Of a stretch of DNA of 64,000 bases, positions 9,835 to 18,636 are shown one piece after another; position 1 is the first letter of the stretch; every line of letters starts with the position of its first letter. Position numbers and translations under genes: made by a program. The DNA is taken from contig CAWKKR010000008.1 of assembly GCA_963850305.1 (NCBI GenBank), positions 1,440,001-1,504,000 on the forward strand, in the 5' to 3' direction. The stretch is from an uncultured delta proteobacterium (lineage in GTDB: Bacteria; Myxococcota_A; Polyangia; Polyangiales; Polyangiaceae). The notes below the pieces were generated by a model that was given only the letters and a program-made list of their open reading frames with translations, made no database searches and was not told the DNA's origin.

Positions 9835-11099
9835 TGCCGCGGGAGTTCCTCGCGGACGTCCCGCGCGACGCGGTCAAGATCGCGGTCGTGTTCGCGCTTG
9901 CGTTCTTGATCGGGCTCGAGCGCGAGGAACACAAGCAGCTCGACGCGACCTACTCCTTCGGCGGGATCCGGACGTTCCCACTCATCGCCCTCGTGAGCTA
10001 TGCGCTCGCGCTGATGTCGACGCCTCTCCTCGTCCCGTGGTCGATCGGATTCGCGGTCATCGGCGGACTCATGTTGCTTTCCTATCACCACCGGCTCGAG
10101 AGCCAGCCACCGAGGGGAATCACCACGGAAATCACGGCGCTGGCAACATACGTCATCGGCGGTCTCGTCGAGCACGAGCGTTACTGGATCGCGACGACGC
10201 TCGCCGTACTCAGTGTGCTGCTGCTCGAGCTGAAGAGGGGCCTCGAGGATCTGACCCGGCACATCGCCTCGGACGAGATCGTCACGGTCACGAAGTTTCT
10301 CGCCATCAGTGTCGTCCTGTTGCCGATTGTGCCCGATCGGGATCTCACCCGCTTTCAGATCAACCCGTTCAAGACCTGGCTCGTCGTGGTGGGTGTCAGT
10401 GGCGTCTCGTTCGCAAGTTACGTCGTTCAGCGGCTTCTGGAAGGCCGCGGCGGTCTGATCTTGTCGGCCGTTCTCGGCGGCGCGTACTCCTCGACGGTGA
10501 CGACCGTAGTGCTCGCCAAGCGGGCCAAGGAAGAGTCGCGCCCGAACCTGTTTGCCGGGAGCATTCTCACCGCGTCCGGGGTGATGTACGCAAGGCTCGT
10601 GCTCCTCGTGGCATTTTTCAACCGGACACTCGCGGCGCGGCTCGCGCCCGCCTTCGCGGGGCTGGCCGTCCTTGGGATCCTGGCAGGCTGGGTCGTCTCG
10701 AATCGACCCGACGGGGCCCGAGCAGTGCAGAAGCAACGACAGGCCCCGAAGAACCCCCTTGAACTCGGCTCGGCGTTCCTGTTTGCCGCCATCTTCGTTT
10801 TGATTCTCGTTCTGACGCACCTGGCTCGCGAGTTTCTCGGACGCGCTGGGCTATACTCGCTCGCGGCCATCATGGGGGTTACGGACGTCGACCCGTTCAT
10901 ATTGGGGCTCACTCAGATGAGCCCCCTCTCGACACCCCTTCGATTGGCGGTCGCGGCCATTGTCATTGCCGCAGCGAGCAACAATGTCATCAAGGGCATC
11001 TATGCATATGCGTTTGCCGACCGCGCGACGGGGCGGAAAAGTCTATCGCTTCTGTTCGCGCTCGCCTTGGTCGGGCTCGTCCCGCTCGTTTGGGTCTGA
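9834..11099 (+). CDS. MgtC/SapB family, DUF4010 membrane protein
   Basis: IGLERE, GGIRTFPLI, GITTE, GGAYSSTVTT, GVTDVDP. Start MPREF overlaps the USP stop. Confidence 0.88.
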   Translation: MPREFLADVPRDAVKIAVVFALAFLIGLEREEHKQLDATYSFGGIRTFPLIALVSYALALMSTPLLVPWSIGFAVIGGLMLLSYHHRLESQPPRGITTEITALATYVIGGLVEHERYWIATTLAVLSVLLLELKRGLEDLTRHIASDEIVTVTKFLAISVVLLPIVPDRDLTRFQINPFKTWLVVVGVSGVSFASYVVQRLLEGRGGLILSAVLGGAYSSTVTTVVLAKRAKEESRPNLFAGSILTASGVMYARLVLLVAFFNRTLAARLAPAFAGLAVLGILAGWVVSNRPDGARAVQKQRQAPKNPLELGSAFLFAAIFVLILVLTHLAREFLGRAGLYSLAAIMGVTDVDPFILGLTQMSPLSTPLRLAVAAIVIAAASNNVIKGIYAYAFADRATGRKSLSLLFALALVGLVPLVWV

Positions 11100-11129
11100 A
11101 GGCGCTCACGACGGATCCCTCGCCGTCGC

Positions 11130-12503
11130 CTACCGACTGGTCTTCGAGAGACCGTATTCGTGCAGCCGGTATTGGATCGTTCGGACGCTGATATCGAGAA
11201 GTTCGGCCGCCTTCGTCGTGGAGCCGTCCGTCCCTTCCAGCGTCTTCGTGATCGCGTACCGCTCGATCTCGGCCATCGTGGATCCGGGAATGCGGAGCGG
11301 GCCAAGACCGTCGAGGGTCGTTTCGAAGGGAAGGTCTTCCACGTCGATGAGCTGCCCTTCGGTGAGTACGACGGCCCGCTCGATGGCATTCTCCAGCGCG
11401 CGAACGTTACCCGGCCAGCGGTGTCCGACGAGTTTCGCGCGCGCTTCTCTGGTGAACCCCTCGATACGCTTGTGATTGTCGAGCGCGAATCTCTTCAGAA
11501 AATGTTCCGCAAGCACGATTATGTCCAGGCCGCGAAGTCGGAGCGGCGGCATCTCGATCTGCACGACGTTCAGTCGGTAAAATAGGTCCTCTCGGAATTT
11601 CCCGTCGCTCACCGCCGTCGTGAGGTCCTTGTTGGTTGCGGCAATCACACGCACGTCCACGCTCACGGTCTCGTTCCCACCGACGCGTTCGAACATCCTC
11701 TCCTGGAGAACACGGAGGAGTTTCACCTGCGTCGATGGTGAAATCTCGCCGATTTCATCCAGGAAGAGGGTCCCGCCGTCGGCCTGCTCGAAGCGACCCG
11801 TGCGGCGCCGCTCCGCTCCGGTGAAGGCACCCTTCTCGTGTCCGAAGAGCTCGCTCTCGAGCAACGACTCGGCGAGCGCGGAGCAATTCAGCGTCACGAA
11901 CGGCTTCGCCGAGCGAGGTCCGAGCGCGTGGATCGCCCGCGCGAGCTCCCCCTTACCGGTTCCACTTTCCCCGGTCACGAGGACAGTCGCACGCGACGAA
12001 GCCACCTGCTTCGCGACGCGATAAACCTTCTGCATCACGGCACTCGTTCCGAGAAGCCCCTGGAGTCCATCGACGTCCCGGTCCTGGATCTGCCGGCGGA
12101 GATTTTCCGCCTCCACGCGGACGTCGCGATGCTCCAAGGCTCGTTCGATCGCGACCTCCAGGGCATCGAAGTCGAAAGGTTTCGACAGGTAGTCCTCGGC
12201 GCCCAATCGCATGGCCGAGACCGCGGCGGCCAGATCCTGGTGCGAGGTGACGACGATGACGGGAAGATGGGCGTTCGCTTCACGCACCTTCGCGAGCAGT
12301 TCCATCCCATCCATCCGCGGCATTTCGAGATCGGTCACCACGACGTCCGGGGGCCGCTCCGCCGCGATGGCGAGGGCGGCGACGCCGTCTTCGGCGGAGT
12401 CCACCTCGTATCCCCGGCCTCTGAGGAGCGGCACCAGGGCGGAGCGAGCCCCTGGCTCGTCATCGACGATGAGGATGCGTCCCTTGTTTTCCCGATTCGC
12501 CAT
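11130..12503 (-). CDS. sigma54-dependent NtrC-family response regulator (receiver-AAA+-HTH)
   Basis: ILIVDDE/VTDLEMP receiver, [42 protein letters not shown]. Start at 12503 or 12518. Confidence 0.95.
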   Translation of the reverse strand: MANRENKGRILIVDDEPGARSALVPLLRGRGYEVDSAEDGVAALAIAAERPPDVVVTDLEMPRMDGMELLAKVREANAHLPVIVVTSHQDLAAAVSAMRLGAEDYLSKPFDFDALEVAIERALEHRDVRVEAENLRRQIQDRDVDGLQGLLGTSAVMQKVYRVAKQVASSRATVLVTGESGTGKGELARAIHALGPRSAKPFVTLNCSALAESLLESELFGHEKGAFTGAERRRTGRFEQADGGTLFLDEIGEISPSTQVKLLRVLQERMFERVGGNETVSVDVRVIAATNKDLTTAVSDGKFREDLFYRLNVVQIEMPPLRLRGLDIIVLAEHFLKRFALDNHKRIEGFTREARAKLVGHRWPGNVRALENAIERAVVLTEGQLIDVEDLPFETTLDGLGPLRIPGSTMAEIERYAITKTLEGTDGSTTKAAELLDISVRTIQYRLHEYGLSKTSR

Positions 12504-12819
12504 GCTGGCTCCTGTCACGTCGCCTTCGAGAGGCTAGTTCCGATGGGTACATTACGCGTTGCGGGACGTCCCGGTATCGCGAATCGTAAGGACCTGAATG
12601 CGCGACATACGGGCGAGCACGTGTCGAAGTTGGTCATTTCGGCGACTCTCTGCACCTCATGTGCCAGCTCGGAGCAGGTGGGCGTCGGCGCCGCGGAGGG
12701 CCAACCGGCAGCCGTCGTCTGCGAGGCAAGGGTCCGCAAGACAAGGTAGGAGGATCTCGTCTTCAGCCTCGCGCACGAGGGGTGCAGCGACTACGATCGC
12801 AGGCACGGAATTTTCGAGC

Positions 12820-13149
12820 ATGAAAACGGCCAAAGCAAAACTCGTCGCGATCGTCTTTCCGTTCGGTACGGCCGATCGTCTCGTGCCCGAGCTCGAGCGC
12901 CTCGGCGTGTCCGGGTACACGAGCTGGCGTGTGGACGGGGCTGGCTTCGAAGGAACGCGCCGCTACGGTCTCGTAGACGGCGCCAATGTGCGCCTGGAAA
13001 CGGTCGTCACGCCACAGATCTGCGACCGGATCCTCCAGTATCTGCTCGAGAATTATTCCGATGTTGCACTCATCGCGCATGCGCACGACGTCCAGGCCAT
13101 CCCTCGGGAGCACTTCGTCTCGTCGCCGGATATCGAGTTCGTGAGATGA
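12820..13149 (+). CDS. P-II-like (SbtB/DUF190-type) signalling protein
   Basis: 109 aa; GVSGYT..V.G.G..G.R and NVRLETVV are typical of P-II-like proteins. Confidence 0.72.
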   Translation: MKTAKAKLVAIVFPFGTADRLVPELERLGVSGYTSWRVDGAGFEGTRRYGLVDGANVRLETVVTPQICDRILQYLLENYSDVALIAHAHDVQAIPREHFVSSPDIEFVR

Positions 13150-14141
13150 AGATGCCCTACGCGCTCGGCGCGGCGATGCTGATCGCCGCCGCATTTGGAT
13201 TCGGCTACGCGGGCCGCGTCCACCCGACGACATCGTCCACGCACCCGGATGCTCCCGGCGCTCCGGCTGCTGTCGTGGAGAGCGGCGAGGGCACGACTGC
13301 AGGCCTCGCCATCTCGGGCCGCGTCGTGGAGACGATCGACGTGGCGAAGTACACTTATCTCCGTCTCGCCACCGCTCGAGGGGAGACCTGGGCGGCCGTT
13401 CCGAAGAGCGCGGTCGCTCGGGGGGCATCCGTCACCGTCACGAACGCCGCACCCATGGAGCATTTCACGAGCACCACCCTGAAGCGGACGTTTGACGTCA
13501 TTTACTTCGGATCGCTCGCGGGAAAGGGCGAAGTCAGCGGAAATCTCCCCCCGGAGTCCGAGCAACCGATCAACGGGCATGTCGAGGCGGCGAACGATCC
13601 GGGAATCCCCGAGGCGCTCCTCGATAATCCGAGCGGCGCCCTGCCGCCCGGCCACCCGAGCATCGGTAACGGCGCCATGCCCCTCGTGAATGGCGATCAG
13701 GCGTTGCCTCCGGGTCACCCCAGCATCGACGACCCCGGCGCTTTGCCGGCAACCGGAGCATTGCCCCCTGGGCACCCTGGTGATGTGCCGAACACCGCAC
13801 CCGTGGCGATCCCGAAGCTCGTGCGCGCAGCGGGCCCGAACGGCTTCCGCATCGTCGATCTGTTCGCCAATGAACGACGGCTCGTCGGGCAGACCGTGCG
13901 AGTGCGCGCGATGGTGACGAAGGTGACTCCAGACGTGCTCGGAATGACGTTTCTTCACGCGAAAGACGGCAGCGGGGACGCAGCAGCGAAGACGGACGAC
14001 ATCGCCGTGATGACCTCGGCTCGACCGGCTCGAGGCGCCGTCGTCGTGTTCGAGGGTGTTCTGCGAATGAACGCGGATCTCGGTATCGGATATCGCTACC
14101 CCGCACTCCTCGACAAGGCGACGGTCGTGAGGACCGATTGA
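13146..14141 (+). CDS. Exported NrfJ-like / OB-fold protein with LPPGHP repeats
   Basis: Signal/TM segment, GRVVETIDVAKYTYLRL..GETWAAVP domain, three LPPGHP repeats, C-terminal OB-like domain (VRVRAMVTKV..FLHAKDGSG). ATGA overlap with the P-II-like gene. Confidence 0.65.
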   Translation: MKMPYALGAAMLIAAAFGFGYAGRVHPTTSSTHPDAPGAPAAVVESGEGTTAGLAISGRVVETIDVAKYTYLRLATARGETWAAVPKSAVARGASVTVTNAAPMEHFTSTTLKRTFDVIYFGSLAGKGEVSGNLPPESEQPINGHVEAANDPGIPEALLDNPSGALPPGHPSIGNGAMPLVNGDQALPPGHPSIDDPGALPATGALPPGHPGDVPNTAPVAIPKLVRAAGPNGFRIVDLFANERRLVGQTVRVRAMVTKVTPDVLGMTFLHAKDGSGDAAAKTDDIAVMTSARPARGAVVVFEGVLRMNADLGIGYRYPALLDKATVVRTD

Positions 14142-14151
14142 GCGCCGAGCT

Positions 14152-15489
14152 TCACGGGCGGGTCGGGAGCGTCGCCGGCGGCTTACCCGTGATTGCCTTG
14201 ACCGAGTCGTACAGCAGTTCCCGGACATAAACCGGGTTGTGGACACCGCCTGCCGCCCCTCGGCCGAGAAGCAGGTAGTTGTACAGAGCGCCGGCTTGGT
14301 CGGCGGTGAGCGGCGCCGTGACACCGCCGTCGGATTCCGGCGAATAGTTCTGCGGGCGTACCTGGTCCGTCTGGAACTGATTGTCGGCGAGATCCGTGCT
14401 CGAAAGAGGTCCGTATGGCGCGGCCGTGTCGCGCGTGAGCCAGCCCTTGCCGTTGAGCGCGACGCGCAGCTCCTGGATACCCGCTTCCATCAAACTCTGC
14501 CCACCGATCACGTCGAAGCTGGTGGCCGTCGCGTGGCAACCCGACTGCTGGCACGTGCTGAGCTGTGGAGCGAAGGAGTGATCCCCGATGCCCATGTTCG
14601 TCGCGACGGGCGGCATGTGGCACTCGATGCAACCATCCTTGAACGCCTGGTGCGATGACGTCTTGTAGATCTGACCGGCGTAATGATACCCGCCCTTGCC
14701 GGTGTAGATGTCCGCCTGCGGTCCCTCGTGCGGCCCCCAATACGTGGTCGTGAGCTTGTTCGATGCGGTAATGAAGTTCGTCACGTCCTTGCGTGACTTG
14801 TGGCAGAAGATGCACGCGTTCCCTTTGCCATAAGGGCCCGCCTGGGTTCCGTCGGAAACACCGACGGCGGAGCTCTTCTCGACGAGCATCTGATCCGTCG
14901 GGTCCGTCGGAACCCGGAGCGGAAACGAGCCCGGCGTGTAGTTCTTTCCGGTCACGTGAGGGTCGTTACTCTGGTCCACCTCGTGACATGTCGTGCAGTC
15001 CACCTCCGCGACGGTGGCGCTGCCCGCGTAGGTGGATTCCGTGATCGTGTCGTTCACGCTGTTCAGGTAGTTGACCTGACCGAGCGCCGAGTGAGGACCC
15101 GTGGTTCCGAGGTGGTTCACGGTTCCCGCAAGGCGAAGCGCGACGCCGTCGATCGCGTGGCAGTTTCCGCACGGCTCGTTTCCCGTCCAGTCGGCGACCT
15201 CGGAGCCCCCGAGGTTCGCGATGTACGTCGCGTAGTGCGTGCTTGCTTGCCACTCCGCGACGATCCCGGTGAAGCCGTGGCACGGCGAAAGGCAGCTCGT
15301 CGACAGCGCGACGCCCGCGTCGGGGCCGGCGTCGATGCTCGTCATCAGTCCGGGCGGCCCTTGTTGCCCCGACAATCCTTGCGGTCCCGCGTCGCCCCGT
15401 GCTCCGCGTGCTCCCGGCGGCCCCGCAGGCCCGGTACAAGCGATCGACACCGTTCCAAGTGCAAGGACCCAATACAAGCGCGTGATCAT
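14152..15489 (-). CDS. Hexaheme cytochrome c lipoprotein with collagen-like stalk and OmcB-like C-terminus
   Basis: Lipobox SIAC; 10 Gly-X-Y triplets; CLSPCH, CGNCH, CTTCH, CIFCH, CIECH, CQQSGCH; C-terminal GALYNY..GGVHNPVYVRELLYDSV. Confidence 0.85.
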   Translation of the reverse strand: MITRLYWVLALGTVSIACTGPAGPPGARGARGDAGPQGLSGQQGPPGLMTSIDAGPDAGVALSTSCLSPCHGFTGIVAEWQASTHYATYIANLGGSEVADWTGNEPCGNCHAIDGVALRLAGTVNHLGTTGPHSALGQVNYLNSVNDTITESTYAGSATVAEVDCTTCHEVDQSNDPHVTGKNYTPGSFPLRVPTDPTDQMLVEKSSAVGVSDGTQAGPYGKGNACIFCHKSRKDVTNFITASNKLTTTYWGPHEGPQADIYTGKGGYHYAGQIYKTSSHQAFKDGCIECHMPPVATNMGIGDHSFAPQLSTCQQSGCHATATSFDVIGGQSLMEAGIQELRVALNGKGWLTRDTAAPYGPLSSTDLADNQFQTDQVRPQNYSPESDGGVTAPLTADQAGALYNYLLLGRGAAGGVHNPVYVRELLYDSVKAITGKPPATLPTRP

Positions 15490-15545
15490 GAAGCCCCTCG
15501 TTCCGGGTGGTAGGCGTGCCCTTCACCGAGCAATCAGCAGGTCTA

Positions 15546-15561
15546 CGCAACAAGCAGGCCA
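15546..15561 (-). promoter_or_regulatory. sigma54 promoter of the hexaheme lipoprotein gene
   Basis: Minus strand TGGCCTG-CTTG-TTGCG, correct GG/GC spacing, 57 nt before the ATG. Confidence 0.65.
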
Positions 15562-15613
15562 CTCTCTCGGCCGGGAAGGGGCGCGTGTCAACGGGCCGAT
15601 TCGTGTCAGTGGA

Positions 15614-15647
15614 ATGAACGGTTTGCGTGGAGGTGCACCGTTTGCAC
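15614..15647. promoter_or_regulatory. Tandem RYGCA-N5-TGCRY boxes
   Basis: ATGAA-CGGTT-TGCGT, 4 nt, then the perfect palindrome GTGCA-CCGTT-TGCAC (15633-15647). Confidence 0.65.
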
Positions 15648-15651
15648 GAGG

Positions 15652-15924
15652 TCACTCTGGCGCATTCTTTGCTGTGTCCTCCTCATTCGAACCAGATGTT
15701 TCGGCCGGAGCCGGGTGAACCGCGTCGATGAGCACGCCGCAAAAGAAACACCCTAGCGACGCGATGCCAATCATGTGTCCGAAGCTCATCGCGAAGATGA
15801 CGGGCAGAGGCTTTCCGGAAACGACCGCGAAAGACATGATCGCGAGTCCCAGGAGTGCCAGCACGCACGCGAGCCAGACGAGCCGAGGCACGGACCAGCG
15901 AGCCAGTCTCGACAGCACGTTCAT
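15652..15924 (-). CDS. Small 2-TM membrane protein coupled to the NapC/NirT-like gene
   Basis: 90 aa MNVLSRL.. with two hydrophobic helices; ATGA overlap with the upstream stop at 15921. Confidence 0.7.
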   Translation of the reverse strand: MNVLSRLARWSVPRLVWLACVLALLGLAIMSFAVVSGKPLPVIFAMSFGHMIGIASLGCFFCGVLIDAVHPAPAETSGSNEEDTAKNAPE

Positions 15925-16610
15925 GGGGACGCTCCCGTCGAACCGGGGGACGAAGTTGCCGTCTTCGATCGAACGGCGGGAGACGGTTCCAGGGCCGCAA
16001 CCTTGGTGAACGGATGCGCGTAGCCATGGCACCCGGCGCTGACGCAGCTCACCTTGTTCTCGTCGAGCTCCACCTTCAGCGACAGATGATCGGGAACGCG
16101 TCGCCAGTCCTCGGCGGTGGTCGTGTGACACTGGCGGCAGTTGCGGTTATCGTACGGCTTTCGAAGACGAATCACCCTCTCCGCCTGCGCGAGCGACATC
16201 CGATCGTAGCCGCGCAAGTAGTACATGTAGACGTGCCGCATGCCCCCGAGCTTCGTCAGGGCGTAACCGAACATGCCGTAATCGGCGTGGCACACGTAGC
16301 AGCTCTCCCCGCCGAAGAACGGGTTGCGCGAGTGGCGTGCCGCGAGGGATTGACTCGTCGGATCGGAAGAGTCCTCGTAATGGGCTTCCATCACGTGACA
16401 CGACCCGCAAAACGACCGCTCTTCGGTCCGCTGCATGCCCGCGGCCGTGGAGCTCGCCGCGACGATCGCGGGCAGCACGCCTAGACCGACGAGAAGCCAT
16501 AGCTTGACGGACAGGTCGAGGGCCGGCTTCTTGACCAGGTAGACCACCAGGATCGACGCCGCCACTGCGGCGGTCGACAGCGCAACGATGCCCGTCCACT
16601 CGATGTGCAC
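15921..16610 (-). CDS. NapC/NirT/CymA-family membrane tetraheme cytochrome c (quinol dehydrogenase)
   Basis: Two N-terminal TM helices, T....FCGSCHVM, CYVCH, K..GMRHVY, CRQCH, CVSAGCH..AHP. Confidence 0.88.
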   Translation of the reverse strand: MHIEWTGIVALSTAAVAASILVVYLVKKPALDLSVKLWLLVGLGVLPAIVAASSTAAGMQRTEERSFCGSCHVMEAHYEDSSDPTSQSLAARHSRNPFFGGESCYVCHADYGMFGYALTKLGGMRHVYMYYLRGYDRMSLAQAERVIRLRKPYDNRNCRQCHTTTAEDWRRVPDHLSLKVELDENKVSCVSAGCHGYAHPFTKVAALEPSPAVRSKTATSSPGSTGASP

Positions 16611-16662
16611 GCCCGGATAGTAGGCATCCGCGTACGTCGCGCAAAGGGTTCGTTCATCGGAC

Positions 16663-18519
16663 GTGACGTTCGTCCTCGGGGTTGTGTCTCGGCCTCGGTT
16701 TCTCGTCCTTATTCGAAACCGTCACAGGAAGCGGATCCGTGGATATCATCCGGCTCCGTTGTCGCCACGAGTTCGCGCTTTTTCGTCACTCGCTCTGGGG
16801 ATCGCCATCATCGTCGCGATCGTCGCCGCTTGCTCGGCGCCGGAATCGACGGGGACGGGACACCGCGCGCCGGGACTGGGCGTGTACATCCCGCTCGCGT
16901 GGAAGACGGATCGTGTCGTGAGCGGGCACGCGAGGCACGTCGTCGAGCTTCACATCCCCTGCACGCGGTGCCATGCGCTCACCGCCGACTCGATGGGCAC
17001 CGTCTCACCGATTCGCTGCGCCGCCTGCCACGCCGAGCAGGCACGCTTCGATCACGCCGAACGAGAGGCTCGGAAGAAGTTCGGTCCCGCCGTGTCGACC
17101 GACTGCATGACCTGCCACATGTTCACGGTGGAAGGCGCGGGGCGTCCGGCGGCGGAACTGCTCGCGAGCGTGCCGCCGCCGACGGCTTGCGGGCGTTGCC
17201 ACGCCTCCAAGGGGAACGATGCGCCGCAGGTCGAGGTGCACGCAACGAGTGCGTGCGTGACGTGTCACACGCCCCACGAGAATGGCAAGCCCCACGGCGG
17301 TCCGTGCGCTGATTGCCACCAGGACATCAAGACCGAACACGCAAGCGCGGGCAAGACGCCGAGCGAAGTCTGCACCACGTGTCACTCCCACCAGCACGCA
17401 CCAGCCTCCGCCGCGATCGGCGCCTGCGTGACCTGCCATGCGAGTCACGAGCCCGTCATTCCGGTCACCGCGCTCTTCGCGGGCGGACATACCGAGTGCA
17501 TCGGGTGCCACCGGCCACACGATTTCACACCGGCGAGCGTCGTGCCTTGCCGGTCGTGTCACGAGAACCAGCATGTGCTCGCCGAGTCCATCGTGCCCGC
17601 GCATGCACGGTGCGAGAGCTGTCACGCGCCGCACGACGTTCGCGGCGTGAGCGACCAGGTCTGCTTCACCTGCCACGCGAACGTGCACTCCGACCACCCA
17701 AAGCAGGCCGCGGGGTCTTGCATTGGATGCCATAATCCGCACCCACACGAGGCGGCGACGGCCGTGATTGCCAGGCCGTGCAGCAACTGCCACCAGATAG
17801 CGGCGTCCGATCATGCCTTCCACGGCGGCATCGCGTGCGAGACCTGCCACCAGCCACACCAATTCAAGCTCACGCTCGCGAGCACGGTTCTCTGTCGAAA
17901 CTGCCACGCGAAGCAGGTCACCCTGGTATCGACGAACGCCGGACACCAGGCGTGCGAAGGATGTCATCGCGGGCTTCCGCACCAGCCGGCGAAGGTCGAG
18001 GTGCCCTGCGCGACGTGCCATGCGGCCGTCGTGGCCGTGGTCACGAAAGGTCACTCCGAGTGCACCCAGTGCCACGAGCCGCACAGCGGCGCATTCGCGG
18101 CCGTGTGCAAGACGTGTCACGCGGTCGAGCAACAAACCGCCCCTCCTGGCCACCAGGCGTGCACGAACTGCCACGACCAGCACAACGGCGTTCAGAAGGC
18201 CCCCTGCGCCGCCTGCCACCAAGTCGAAGCCGCCTCCGAGCACGGCAAGATCGCGGGCGGTTGCACCAACTGTCATCGACCGCACGGCCCGGGCGGCATC
18301 TTCGCGCCGCCCGCGTGCACCACCTGCCATCAACCCGCGCAGCTACCAGGGCTTCACAGCATCCCGAAGCACCAGCTCTGCATGAACTGCCACACCGGTC
18401 ACGGCGACCCGACCGCGCCCCTCCGCACGCCGTGCCTCACGTGCCACACGGATCGCAAAGATCATTTCCCCGACGCCCCGAGTTGCACGAGCTGTCATCT
18501 CTTCGGGCCGACGAAGTGA
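16663..18519 (+). CDS. 27-heme cytochrome c, probable lipoprotein
   Basis: 27 CxxCH motifs counted, mostly in paired H..CxxCH.PH...CxxCH modules. Hydrophobic leader ends VAAC; true start may be TTG 16759. Confidence 0.92.
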   Translation: MTFVLGVVSRPRFLVLIRNRHRKRIRGYHPAPLSPRVRAFSSLALGIAIIVAIVAACSAPESTGTGHRAPGLGVYIPLAWKTDRVVSGHARHVVELHIPCTRCHALTADSMGTVSPIRCAACHAEQARFDHAEREARKKFGPAVSTDCMTCHMFTVEGAGRPAAELLASVPPPTACGRCHASKGNDAPQVEVHATSACVTCHTPHENGKPHGGPCADCHQDIKTEHASAGKTPSEVCTTCHSHQHAPASAAIGACVTCHASHEPVIPVTALFAGGHTECIGCHRPHDFTPASVVPCRSCHENQHVLAESIVPAHARCESCHAPHDVRGVSDQVCFTCHANVHSDHPKQAAGSCIGCHNPHPHEAATAVIARPCSNCHQIAASDHAFHGGIACETCHQPHQFKLTLASTVLCRNCHAKQVTLVSTNAGHQACEGCHRGLPHQPAKVEVPCATCHAAVVAVVTKGHSECTQCHEPHSGAFAAVCKTCHAVEQQTAPPGHQACTNCHDQHNGVQKAPCAACHQVEAASEHGKIAGGCTNCHRPHGPGGIFAPPACTTCHQPAQLPGLHSIPKHQLCMNCHTGHGDPTAPLRTPCLTCHTDRKDHFPDAPSCTSCHLFGPTK

Positions 18520-18576
18520 TCGCGCCACCGCGCGGTCAATCGACGCCGGACGCTCGTGCCGAAGCTTCTCCCGTGA

Positions 18577-18612
18577 CCGAGGAGCGCCTCGGGGCCCTCC
18601 CGAAATGGGAGG
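18577..18612. terminator. Twin GC-rich hairpins between convergent cytochrome genes
   Basis: CCGAGG-agcg-CCTCGG and CCTCCC-gaaat-GGGAGG; no U-tract. Confidence 0.3.
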
Positions 18613-18636
18613 AGGCTCACATACGTCACACCCACG

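Noticed and set aside
14152..15489. Calling the hexaheme an OmcS-type nanowire subunit
   Set aside because: Only the heme count matches. The lipobox, collagen stalk, CX3CH/CX4CH motifs and C-terminal pattern point elsewhere; needs structural comparison.
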